34,768 nucleotides of DNA from a virus (Duplodnaviria; Caudoviricetes): positions 1-34,768 of IMG/VR virus record IMGVR_UViG_3300030372_001217; one strand, given 5' to 3'. The position numbers and the translations under genes are program-made. This document shows, piece after piece, positions 8,361 through 18,565 of this stretch. Numbering within the stretch: position 1 is the stretch's first letter; every line of letters begins with the position of its first letter. The notes beneath the pieces are model-generated. The model was not told where the DNA came from and ran no database searches. It was given only the letters and a program-made list of their open reading frames with translations.

Positions 8361-9106
8361 CAGCATTTGCTATTGGTATGGGTGTGACTAAGACTGTTGC
8401 TGGAATTGCAGAGCAAAACAGACAACATGCAAATCAAGTCGATGCTGTTAACCGTAGCAATGCTATGGCTAGACAGAACTATATCAATCAAATTACAATA
8501 TCTGCTTATGAGGATCAACGTAAGGGAGAAGTCTTTACAGCGAAACTAAAAGCAGATGCAGCCTCTAGGGCAGCATATTTTAAACAAAAAGAACTTAACC
8601 AAGCTGAAGCAACTAGAGCAACTGTTGCTAACGATCAGCAATTAAGAGAAAAAATAAACGAGCAGATGTTTGCTAGTCAAGCAAATCTTGCTAAAGCAAT
8701 ACAAGCACAAGGCACTGTACTTGCTAGTGGAATGTCAGCTGGACAATCTATGCTCTTAGAATTAAATCAAGCTGAACGTGATTTAGGTTTTGCACAAGCA
8801 CAAATAGACGCAACTGTGTTTGATGCTACACGTAATTACGGTATTCAACAATATGGTATTGATCTTTCACAATATTCAGGTGATATGAAGGCTAAAAATT
8901 CTATTACAACTTCTGCCTCTGTTGCTCCATACGCATCATTTATGACACCTAGACCTATTGAACAACAAGCTCCACGTAAACCATCCGCACTTGGCCCCAT
9001 ACTAAGTGGTATTAGTACTGGATTAGGTACTGCTACTACTCTTGGTGGAAAAGATTACTTTTCAAGTATGGAGATTTTTGGAGGTAAACAAGGAGATAAC
9101 GGATAA
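8348..9106 (+). CDS. Internal virion/ejection protein (T7 gp14-like)
   Basis: MC-start with hydrophobic N-terminus, Ala/Gln-rich helical body; position. Confidence 0.75.
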   Translation: MCTVAAFAIGMGVTKTVAGIAEQNRQHANQVDAVNRSNAMARQNYINQITISAYEDQRKGEVFTAKLKADAASRAAYFKQKELNQAEATRATVANDQQLREKINEQMFASQANLAKAIQAQGTVLASGMSAGQSMLLELNQAERDLGFAQAQIDATVFDATRNYGIQQYGIDLSQYSGDMKAKNSITTSASVAPYASFMTPRPIEQQAPRKPSALGPILSGISTGLGTATTLGGKDYFSSMEIFGGKQGDNG

Positions 9107-9108
9107 CT

Positions 9109-12100
9109 ATGGCATATCAAAAAAGCACACAATTTAGTGGTTTTAGACAAAGAATTGCAAACGATGATTCTAAACAGTTTAAAGACCTTGCTAAAAATTT
9201 AGAAAAAGAAAACTCTAAAACTCTTAAAGATTTTAACAAAGCAGCAGCTGCACAGATTACAGAAATGGGTCGTGTAAGTAAATTAGAAGCTGCAGCAGAT
9301 ACATACGAACTAAACAATTTACGTAAATTTAGTAAGGAATTAGACGGTTTTCTAGATAGTACAATAAAAAATGTTGTTGCTCCTGTATTTGATGCTCAAA
9401 TGCAAGATGGTATTAATCAAGGTATATTAGCACAACAGGGTGATGCAGATGCTTTAGACAAAGTACGTCTTAATGATTTACAAGAATTAGAACTAGAGCA
9501 AAGATCTAATAAAATTGTAGAAGAAACAGAATTTAAAACAGAACAAATAAAAGAAAAATATCAAAAAGATTTACAAAACGATTTACGCACAGAGTATAGG
9601 TTACTTAATCTTAAAAAACAAAATTCTAACTTTGCTAGAGGATACCGTAAAGGTATGCTTATGGAAGCTGCTACTGGTTGGGACGCATACAGAGATAGTG
9701 TTTTGACTAATAGCTCTGATTATGAAATACAGAATTTAGAAGTAGAACATGAAGGTGAACGTTATAGAATTGGTGATTATTATAATATTAAAAATCAAGA
9801 TGTAAGAGATAAAATTTTAGCTCGTGTACAGTCTGACTATATAGCTAAAGAAGGTAATGGTTTTAGTAAATTTCTTGTTAACAAACATTTAATAAATCCT
9901 ATTATAGAAAGAACTAATTTATTTCAACAAAAAGAGTTTCAAAAAGAACAGGTTGAGTTAGCACAAGAAAGATTAAATGATTTAAAAGTTAAATTTGAAA
10001 CTAATTTTGCAGAGTTAGAGACTGATGTAGGGCAAGCTAAAGCTGTTGCTGTTATACAACACGCTCTCAATATATTACCATCTACCATGAAAATGGCTGG
10101 TGTAGAGGGTAGTTACAACCAAGCTGCTAAAGCAAAACTTATAGAAATGTTAACTGATAAAGGTTCATTTTTATATAATGGAAGTTTAGCTAATCAAGAT
10201 GACCAGAACGATATTTTAGATTTTTTTGAAAAACCTTTGTTTTATGTAAAAGGTGTATCTAAGATGGAAGGTAACACAATGAAGTTATCATCTCTTAGTG
10301 AGCTAATGGCAGGTGCTATTAATAGGGAACAGTTACAAGCTGCTATGTTAGCAGAACAGTATGAAAGAGCAGCTAAAGAAATAGAAGGTAAGAAAATCAA
10401 TCTTAAGCAAACTTTAGAAAAAATTAATATTGAATTTAAAGGAGACCCTACTGGTAAAGCTCTAGCACTAAACAAAGTGATGAATGAGAACTATGGTAAG
10501 TACTGGGCTAAAACTATATTAACTAATAACATTGATAATTATGAGGGTTTAGAACCTTATGACGAAAATCAAAGTGTACAGGTACTTCTTGGACTAGAAA
10601 AGAAGTATAATGTTGGTAATGAGAAAAACCAAAAATTTGGAATCATACCTTTATCTTCTATTAACTTAGAACTTATAGACCCCGCAGTGCTAGCAGCATA
10701 TATAAAAGATGGTAAGATAGGTGACCCTTATAAGAATGAACCTGGAGCTGCAGTAAAACATCAAGGTTACACAAAAGATTTAACAGATTTAGCTGAAGTA
10801 ATGTTTGATGAACATGTAGGCCCAGGTTCTTTAAGTGAAAAAGATGCTGAGCTACAGCTAGCAAGGTTTACTGATTTTATCAGTCCTTTGATATTATCTG
10901 AAGCACGTAAGTATGTTGCTAACACAGATATGACTTTAAATGAGGCGTTAGATCAATCTGCCCGTTATTGGAAAAGTCAACTTAAAGGTTGGAATGGTCA
11001 AGCTGAAGATGGATGGCAAGCAGGTGATGTTGATTTATCAGTAAATCAATACGGTTGGGTAAATGATAGTATATATAATAGTAAAGCTAAACCTATACTT
11101 AGTGGCGATGACATAATTGTTAAAGCTAAAAATAAATTATCTCAAGTTACTGAAATATTTAATAATACTGAAAGTCCAAATTTATTTAGTAAAAAATTAT
11201 TTTTTGATAAGAATGATCTGGCTTATTTTGCTCTTAATAACGAAGGAGAGTTACACCCAATCTTTCATAAAATGTCGCTCGTTTCAGAAGGCACTATACC
11301 AGCTGAACTAATATACAACCAGCAAGCAAGGTTATTAGAACCCATAGCAGGTGTATCATTAGTTAAAAAATGGGATGAAGCGACACAACAAAGAATTGAT
11401 GCTTGGGAAGAATTAGATTTAAACCAAAAAAAAGCTCTTGTTAGCGGTGAAACAGAAAGTTTTAATAGAACCTTAATGGGAATAGGGTTTTTCTCTCCTT
11501 ATAATCTTATGTCATCTATGGTGACTGAAGAAGGTAAATTACCTTTAAATGGAGAAGAAGCAAATGTTATTTTAAACGAAATGGGTCTATCTGCTATGAA
11601 GTTCGATGAGTTATTAGCTGACCCTAAATTATTAGAAACTGTATTAAATGCTAAAATTAGAAAAGGTTTAGAATTAACAAAAGAACTTACTAATAACGAT
11701 AATATTAGAATACGTATGGTTGCAGCTTATATGGCAACAGGTGATGTTAACAACTGGAATAGTACTGAATATCGTATGTTTACATCTAAAGTTTTGGCAT
11801 CATACAAAAGTGGAGATACCTCTGCTATCGTGCCTTTATTAAAAGAATTTAATATGAATGGTAGTACCTTTAAGGTTGACTACAGTATTAATGAAAGTTA
11901 TATTCACCCAGAAGGTTCAGTATATAATGAAGAACCAGCAAATAACTTTGAAGGTATATTAGAACAATTATCTAAGTTAGACGCTGAAGGTATCCCACCT
12001 CAATTTATTGATGTTGCTCCTATAGAAACAGGGGTTGTTAGTAATTTACTACAACGTATGTTGTCTAAAAATCCTACTCGTGTTGTTAATGAAAGATATA

Positions 12101-12876
12101 ATACATATATAAAATTTAAACAAAATTTAGAAGATAAAAGAAACATTTTTCAACAACTTGAAGGTAAAGGAAATATAAATGCTGGTATATTTTATAGTTC
12201 ATTACGTAGAGTTTTAGGAGATGAAAAGTACAATGCAATTAGTGCAGAGGCTGGGGAGTTATTTAGTCGAGGTCGTTTTGTTACTAAAGATAAAGCTTTG
12301 ATACATGTATTAGTACAACAACCAGAGTTTGCTAATTTAGATATAGCTGATAAATACCTTAAAAGTTTAGATATGAAATTAAGTGTAGATTCTAAACGAT
12401 ATGATGTTGGAGGTGATCTTGTAGGTAACATATCTAAAGACGATTTGATAGGTATACGTGGTTTCCCTAATGCTTATGATAGAACTCAAGGTAGAGTATT
12501 TATTAGAAAAGATGCTTACAACGACTGGTATCGTTTCTTCCAAGATGCAAATGCAAACGGTCATAAGTTTGGTATAAATGACGGTTACAGAACTAATAAA
12601 CAACAAGCAAACTTATTAAAAGAAAAAGAAAAGAAAAATTTAAAGAAAGATGTTAAAGAGCCTGGAAAATCTAATCATAACGCAGGTGTATCCTTAGATT
12701 TAGATTGGGCTACTAAGGCAGATTATCAATGGTTATTAGATAATTATAAAAATTATAATTTATGTCCACACACAGGTACACCAAGTTTAGACATGGACAG
12801 CGGTAACAAAGCTGGAGAAATCGAAGCGTGGCATTGGAGTTGGGATCCTACGGGATCATGTAACTTAGAACGTTAA
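9109..12876 (+). CDS. Internal virion/ejection protein (gp15 position) with C-terminal peptidase M15-like domain
   Basis: 1255 aa, helical; C-terminal GYR...SNHNAGVSLD...EAWHW motifs. Confidence 0.75.
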   Translation: MAYQKSTQFSGFRQRIANDDSKQFKDLAKNLEKENSKTLKDFNKAAAAQITEMGRVSKLEAAADTYELNNLRKFSKELDGFLDSTIKNVVAPVFDAQMQDGINQGILAQQGDADALDKVRLNDLQELELEQRSNKIVEETEFKTEQIKEKYQKDLQNDLRTEYRLLNLKKQNSNFARGYRKGMLMEAATGWDAYRDSVLTNSSDYEIQNLEVEHEGERYRIGDYYNIKNQDVRDKILARVQSDYIAKEGNGFSKFLVNKHLINPIIERTNLFQQKEFQKEQVELAQERLNDLKVKFETNFAELETDVGQAKAVAVIQHALNILPSTMKMAGVEGSYNQAAKAKLIEMLTDKGSFLYNGSLANQDDQNDILDFFEKPLFYVKGVSKMEGNTMKLSSLSELMAGAINREQLQAAMLAEQYERAAKEIEGKKINLKQTLEKINIEFKGDPTGKALALNKVMNENYGKYWAKTILTNNIDNYEGLEPYDENQSVQVLLGLEKKYNVGNEKNQKFGIIPLSSINLELIDPAVLAAYIKDGKIGDPYKNEPGAAVKHQGYTKDLTDLAEVMFDEHVGPGSLSEKDAELQLARFTDFISPLILSEARKYVANTDMTLNEALDQSARYWKSQLKGWNGQAEDGWQAGDVDLSVNQYGWVNDSIYNSKAKPILSGDDIIVKAKNKLSQVTEIFNNTESPNLFSKKLFFDKNDLAYFALNNEGELHPIFHKMSLVSEGTIPAELIYNQQARLLEPIAGVSLVKKWDEATQQRIDAWEELDLNQKKALVSGETESFNRTLMGIGFFSPYNLMSSMVTEEGKLPLNGEEANVILNEMGLSAMKFDELLADPKLLETVLNAKIRKGLELTKELTNNDNIRIRMVAAYMATGDVNNWNSTEYRMFTSKVLASYKSGDTSAIVPLLKEFNMNGSTFKVDYSINESYIHPEGSVYNEEPANNFEGILEQLSKLDAEGIPPQFIDVAPIETGVVSNLLQRMLSKNPTRVVNERYNTYIKFKQNLEDKRNIFQQLEGKGNINAGIFYSSLRRVLGDEKYNAISAEAGELFSRGRFVTKDKALIHVLVQQPEFANLDIADKYLKSLDMKLSVDSKRYDVGGDLVGNISKDDLIGIRGFPNAYDRTQGRVFIRKDAYNDWYRFFQDANANGHKFGINDGYRTNKQQANLLKEKEKKNLKKDVKEPGKSNHNAGVSLDLDWATKADYQWLLDNYKNYNLCPHTGTPSLDMDSGNKAGEIEAWHWSWDPTGSCNLER

Positions 12877-12880
12877 AAAC

Positions 12881-15800
12881 ATGAACGAAGATGAATTGAT
12901 GCGACTCGATAATGTCGAGGAGCAAGGGGAGACTACGGTCAACGACCCCGAACGTTGGAATGATAGGACAGATTCTGACCTTAATAAACATAGTGAAGAT
13001 GAAGCATACTTTTTAGAGCAAGCTCAAGAAAGAGATGCTGCTGCTGCTATTATTACAAAACAAGAAGAAGAGGCTAAAGCTGGTGAAAATCCACAAGGGA
13101 TGCTACCAGATGGCCCTGTAAATTTTATAGGTGAAACTGCCAAAGGTGTTTATGGTGGTTTAACAGATGCTGTTGAAAGTGCAGGTAGTTTTTTAGATCT
13201 TACGGGAGATACAATTTCTGCTACTGCTAACAAAATTATGGGTTTGAACCAATCATACGGTAATAACCCATTTAATTTTAAAGAGTATAGAAAAGCACAA
13301 GAACTTGGTATAGGTGGGGCACAACCTGGAATCTTAAATGTACCAGATAGGTTTCAACCTGAGACTTTATCTGGTTATGGTGATTTAGTTAGAGGATTAT
13401 CAGAGTTTGGTTTTCTACTATATGCTACAGGAGGTGCTGCAAAGGTACTAAAACCTGCTACTACATTACGAAAAGCTGCTGTAATACAGAACAAAATAGG
13501 TAAAAATTTACTTGCAGGGGCAGTAAAAGGTAAAACACCTATTATAAGTAAACTTGCACAAACAAGAAAAGGTGCTAGATTTATTAAATTTTTACCAAAA
13601 AATACTGCTAAATTAAGTAACATAGCATTTGAAGGGGGTGTTGCTGATCTTATATCATCATCCTCTGATTATGGTAACCTAGCAAATTTAATAGATGAGT
13701 ATGCACCTTGGCTACCACTTTCAGAATTTTTGTCTGTTGATCCAGATGAGGATAATCCTTGGACAGCTAGAATTAAAACTGTCTTTGCGGGGGCTGGGGC
13801 TAACATAGTTGCTCATTATTTAATAGCTTTCGGTAAAGCTAGGTTTGCTGCTATACGTAAACGTAAATCTGGAGCAAGCATAGATGAAGCTAACGTACAT
13901 GCAAATGGTGTGTTAGATGAAAGGTTAAAAAACGAAGTTAGAAATGAGTATAAACAACGTGAAGAATTAAAAAAAGATGCTGCAGTTGATGGTCGTGGTA
14001 TACCTCCAGATCCTTGGGAAGATCATGTTGTTGGTAATTTAGATGAAGAACTAGGTAAGATGTATGTACACCTTACTAAAGGTAATTTACAAGATGTTAT
14101 TGGCAATGATATTTTCTTTCATGGTAGTGGTAGAGGACTCCCAGGAGATTTTCCATATTATGTAAGAGATGGTCGTAGATGGTCTGATGATAACTTAATG
14201 GGCAATGGTTTTTATACTGTTGATGATATTACGGTTGCTGCTGATGCTAGACCTCAAGGACAGGGACTTACAATTAGCATGGATGCTAGTGGTAAGAAAA
14301 AAGTTATGTACAGAGTTAACGAAAGAGAACCTGTAAACTTTTTTGATGCTGATAGACAATTTGATTTTGATGGCACAGATCCAGAAATTGCTGCATTTAA
14401 ACGTGCAGGGTTTCTTCAAGAAAGAATAACAGATAAGGGTTTAGAGCTAGGCCCAGGACTTAGAAACCCCGAAGGCAACCCAGAGTTTGTGTCTGCATGG
14501 CCAACAGAGGGTAGTATAAGTTATTCTGATTATGTCCAAAGAATTAAAGATGAACAGTTATATCCTCGTGAAGAAGTTACACAGGTATTAGATACTATAC
14601 ATTCTGACTTACAAGAGTTAGGGTATGGAGGTATACAGTACACAGCTAATCATGGTGAGAAAACACATAAAGTTAGAGTATACTGGAACCCAGATACTCA
14701 GATAGAACTTGACAAATATCGTTTAAGAAACACCTTAGATCCAGACGTATCTACTGATTTACCTATATTTGACAGTAGAGGGTTTGGAGTACGACCACCT
14801 AGGAAACCTTGGCAAACAAACATAGAAGCTGGTAGAGGATTAGAAGGTAGTCGTGGGGCAGAATATTTAATAAATAGATTAAGGAAAAAATTTGTTATTG
14901 ATGGTTTAGATCCATCTGAAGTAGAAGCTATCGAAGATTTTATCAACATGATGGGTGATAGGTTTTTCGGTGATGTATCTTTATCTATAACAAATAAATT
15001 AGGTGTTCAAGGTAGGTTTAATTTTGGTAATAGACTTGTAGAAATACGTAGAAAAATATTTGAAACAGGTGATTTTACCCAAACTATGATACATGAATTG
15101 TGGCATACGTTATCTAGATATTTACCTGCAAAAGATGTTGAAAAATTAGGTGTAGAGTTTAAAAATCGTAAAGCTAAATGGTTAGCTGCAGGTGGTAAAG
15201 ATGTAGAGTTATTTAAAAAAGGTAGATACACACCTTCAAATTATCGTTACAAAAATTTAGACGAATATTTTGCTGAGACTATGTCAGATGAATTTGACAT
15301 GTTTATGGTAAATTACGATCAGCTAGCTCCCGAAGGTACATTTAAACGTATAACTCAAGAGGTTGCAATATTTGTAAAAGATTTGTATGCTTCTGTTGCT
15401 TCACGTTTAGGTGGCAGTCAAACTAGACGTATATTCACAAATTATCGTAAACAACTTTACGAAAATATGCAACGTAAATATACATTAGAATTAGAACAAC
15501 AGGGTTATGGTGGATGGGATCCATTTATTGATGATGATGATTTTATTACAACTAACCTTGATGAGTTTGACAATGCTGAAAATAAAGATGGATTCAAAAG
15601 TCCTAGAGCTGAAGATTTAGAAAACAAAGCTGTACAGAAAGGTCAAGAAATAGGTGATCCTTGGTTTGATGAAGAAGGTGCAACTTACAGTGATACTTTT
15701 GGTAGTAAACAAGTTGACCCAGATCGTAACCCTAATATGTTTGGTGAACAGGATAAAACCTTTGTACCAGATGATAATAAAGACTTACAAGGTAAAGCTA

Positions 15801-18553
15801 CTAGAGTTGTTAAGGAAGTACTAGACGAAGGTACAACTAATTCACAGGTACTAATACATAGACAGATAGAAAGGATGGCTGACGGTAGTGAGTCACTCTA
15901 TAAATTTATTAAAGAATTTTCCGAAAAATTAGCCAACGAAATTTTTGACAATAAATTAAACTCATTTGACTATAAGAAAGTACAAGCTGCAATTTTACGT
16001 AAATCTGAAGAGTTATATTCTAGAGTAAATGCTGACGTAGCAGAGGGTACAAACAAGAATTTTATGTCTTATTTTGATCCTAAACGAAAGGATAATTACA
16101 TAGATTATATGACTGATGGTAACCAAGTTGTTACTGGTACGCCAGAACAAAAGGTTGCTTTGGAGATGGTTATACAAACATTGTCTAAAAGAGCTTCTCT
16201 ATACGCTACAGGAGCACTAGAACTACCTCCAGGGGCAGCTGGTGTTCGTCAAATGCAACACGCCAACAAATCGCTTGTACTAGCCTTAAAAGAGTACAAG
16301 AAGATGAGCTACATGGCAGGTAGTACACTAGAAAGATTTAAAAACAAACTTATGCCAGAGGATGCTAGAAAACTTATAGAAGGTGAACTAGCTAGTATAG
16401 ATGAGGCGTATGATGAGTTTTATAAAGAACTAGATAGAATAGCAAAAAATGGTAATAATGTAGAACGTACTACACTTATGGAAATACAAGCCTTATCTGG
16501 AGGTAGCGTAACTACCCTTGATGATGCTTTGCAATGGGTTAAAGTAAGAACAAAAGGTGGTAGATACAAAGGTCAAACTTATAGATCTGGTATTAGAGAA
16601 CAAGCTAAAGGAATGTTTTATAATTCTGTATTAAGTAGTTTACGTACACCTATTAAAGCTATCGTTGGTACTAATTTTATTGCATTGTTACGTCCTTTTC
16701 AAACTTATGTAGGAGCTGCATTACAAAGTAATAAAAAAGAAATGGTTATTGCTGCAGCACAGTTACATGGTATCAGTGAAATGTTTGCAGAAGGTTTTAA
16801 AATGTTTAGACATAACTGGGATTTAGGTATAAACCGTAAAGCTCAAAGTTATGTTGGTAAATTTAACGTAGAAACAAATTCAGCAGAATTTAAACAATTA
16901 GGTAAATTTGTAGAAATGTATGGTACGGATTCAGAGAAAACGTATTATGCTATAGCTAATTTTATGTTAGATTTTAACAACTCACCTTGGGTACGTTATT
17001 CACAAAATGCTATGGGTGCAGGTGACGCATTAGCTAGAACTTTAATTGGTAGATTTGAAATGCGTATGAGAGCAGCTAGAAAAGCAATAGATGATGGTGT
17101 AGATCTTGATGACGTAGTGGAAGTAGCAACTAGAACTGAAAAGAATTTTAGAGAACAAATATTTAAAAAAGACGCATATGATATGTGGGTTGTATCAGAC
17201 AGAGCTGCAGCCCTAGCAGGTGACGAAACTGCCTTAACGAAACCATTAAGTGGTAATTTAAAAGGTTTAGAATCACTTTCATCAATAACTGGTTTTAAAA
17301 ATTTCTTTCCATTTGTGCGTACAGGTTTTAATGCGTTAGATTTAACATGGCAACATACCCCTGGATTAGCTAGATTCAATAAAAAATACAAAGATTTAAT
17401 GGAATTTGCTAATAATGGTGGTAAAAATGCTAAACAATTAGAGATAGAGTACGGTATTAGAAAAGAAGATATACCTCAAGCTATAGCTTTAATGAAAGGT
17501 AGAGTAGCAACAGGTACTATGTTAAGTTTTATGGCGTTTACTGCTGCTGTAACAGGTAACATGACAGGTACACTACCATACGATAAAGAAACTAGAGATC
17601 ACTGGAGAAACAATAAAATACAACCTAACTCTTTTAAAATAGGTAACACTTACATATCTTATGGTGATATGGAACCATATAACACTATTTTATCTGCTGT
17701 TGCTAACGTAGCTGGTTATCAAAACTCGTTAGGAGAAGCAGTTAGAGATGATATGTTACAAAAAATACAATTTATGTTTGCTAGTGTAATAGTTGATAAA
17801 TCTATGTTAGCAGGTGTTGACGATCTTGCTCAAGTATTTAGTGGTAATATCAGTGAGATACAATTAGGTAGGATAGCAGCAAAATTTGTTAGATCACAAG
17901 TACCTTATTCTGGTCTTATGGGTCAGTTAGGTAACTTAATGGATGAAAATGAAAGAATAGCCAGAGGATTTTGGGAAACCACTATAAGAAGAGACATAGG
18001 ATTTAAGTCATTTTTAGCTCCTAAGTACGATATATTAACTCCTGGAAATAAAGCTCAACGATTTACACCATATACTTCTAATCCATTGTTAAAACTATGG
18101 AACTCATTAAGTCCTGTTGCTATATCTTACGCTGCTGGAGATCCTGTAAAGGAAGCGTTGCAAAGTATTAGTTATAATTTACCAGAGGCTTTGAGAACTT
18201 GGAAAGGTGAAGAATTAAATTCTTTTGAACAATCTGAATTACAAAAATATTTAGCTGAAAGTAATTTATATGCTAGATTAAAGACACTTGTTACGAGTAA
18301 ACGGTGGAAAGATGCTGTACAACAGTATAAAGATGATGGTTTACTTTCAAGAGAAGGTATGCGTCCTGTAGATCAACGGTTTTATTTACAAGTACAAAGT
18401 ATATTTTTAAACGAAAAGAAAAAAGCAATAGCTAAATTACGTGCTAATAACCCTGATTTATATGCACGTATTAAAGATAGAGAACTTAGAAGGTTCTATA
18501 GTAAGAAAGGTAACTATAACGTATTAAATGAATTAAAAAAACACGGAATTTAA
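12881..18553 (+). CDS. Large internal virion/ejection protein (gp16 position) with ART-like and zincin-like domains
   Basis: 1890 aa, directly before the tail fibre; C-terminal FFPFVRT-type region of marine gp16-like proteins; internal FFHGS...GNGFYT and HELWH motifs. Confidence 0.8.
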   Translation: MNEDELMRLDNVEEQGETTVNDPERWNDRTDSDLNKHSEDEAYFLEQAQERDAAAAIITKQEEEAKAGENPQGMLPDGPVNFIGETAKGVYGGLTDAVESAGSFLDLTGDTISATANKIMGLNQSYGNNPFNFKEYRKAQELGIGGAQPGILNVPDRFQPETLSGYGDLVRGLSEFGFLLYATGGAAKVLKPATTLRKAAVIQNKIGKNLLAGAVKGKTPIISKLAQTRKGARFIKFLPKNTAKLSNIAFEGGVADLISSSSDYGNLANLIDEYAPWLPLSEFLSVDPDEDNPWTARIKTVFAGAGANIVAHYLIAFGKARFAAIRKRKSGASIDEANVHANGVLDERLKNEVRNEYKQREELKKDAAVDGRGIPPDPWEDHVVGNLDEELGKMYVHLTKGNLQDVIGNDIFFHGSGRGLPGDFPYYVRDGRRWSDDNLMGNGFYTVDDITVAADARPQGQGLTISMDASGKKKVMYRVNEREPVNFFDADRQFDFDGTDPEIAAFKRAGFLQERITDKGLELGPGLRNPEGNPEFVSAWPTEGSISYSDYVQRIKDEQLYPREEVTQVLDTIHSDLQELGYGGIQYTANHGEKTHKVRVYWNPDTQIELDKYRLRNTLDPDVSTDLPIFDSRGFGVRPPRKPWQTNIEAGRGLEGSRGAEYLINRLRKKFVIDGLDPSEVEAIEDFINMMGDRFFGDVSLSITNKLGVQGRFNFGNRLVEIRRKIFETGDFTQTMIHELWHTLSRYLPAKDVEKLGVEFKNRKAKWLAAGGKDVELFKKGRYTPSNYRYKNLDEYFAETMSDEFDMFMVNYDQLAPEGTFKRITQEVAIFVKDLYASVASRLGGSQTRRIFTNYRKQLYENMQRKYTLELEQQGYGGWDPFIDDDDFITTNLDEFDNAENKDGFKSPRAEDLENKAVQKGQEIGDPWFDEEGATYSDTFGSKQVDPDRNPNMFGEQDKTFVPDDNKDLQGKATRVVKEVLDEGTTNSQVLIHRQIERMADGSESLYKFIKEFSEKLANEIFDNKLNSFDYKKVQAAILRKSEELYSRVNADVAEGTNKNFMSYFDPKRKDNYIDYMTDGNQVVTGTPEQKVALEMVIQTLSKRASLYATGALELPPGAAGVRQMQHANKSLVLALKEYKKMSYMAGSTLERFKNKLMPEDARKLIEGELASIDEAYDEFYKELDRIAKNGNNVERTTLMEIQALSGGSVTTLDDALQWVKVRTKGGRYKGQTYRSGIREQAKGMFYNSVLSSLRTPIKAIVGTNFIALLRPFQTYVGAALQSNKKEMVIAAAQLHGISEMFAEGFKMFRHNWDLGINRKAQSYVGKFNVETNSAEFKQLGKFVEMYGTDSEKTYYAIANFMLDFNNSPWVRYSQNAMGAGDALARTLIGRFEMRMRAARKAIDDGVDLDDVVEVATRTEKNFREQIFKKDAYDMWVVSDRAAALAGDETALTKPLSGNLKGLESLSSITGFKNFFPFVRTGFNALDLTWQHTPGLARFNKKYKDLMEFANNGGKNAKQLEIEYGIRKEDIPQAIALMKGRVATGTMLSFMAFTAAVTGNMTGTLPYDKETRDHWRNNKIQPNSFKIGNTYISYGDMEPYNTILSAVANVAGYQNSLGEAVRDDMLQKIQFMFASVIVDKSMLAGVDDLAQVFSGNISEIQLGRIAAKFVRSQVPYSGLMGQLGNLMDENERIARGFWETTIRRDIGFKSFLAPKYDILTPGNKAQRFTPYTSNPLLKLWNSLSPVAISYAAGDPVKEALQSISYNLPEALRTWKGEELNSFEQSELQKYLAESNLYARLKTLVTSKRWKDAVQQYKDDGLLSREGMRPVDQRFYLQVQSIFLNEKKKAIAKLRANNPDLYARIKDRELRRFYSKKGNYNVLNELKKHGI

Positions 18554-18565
18554 CATTGATTATCA

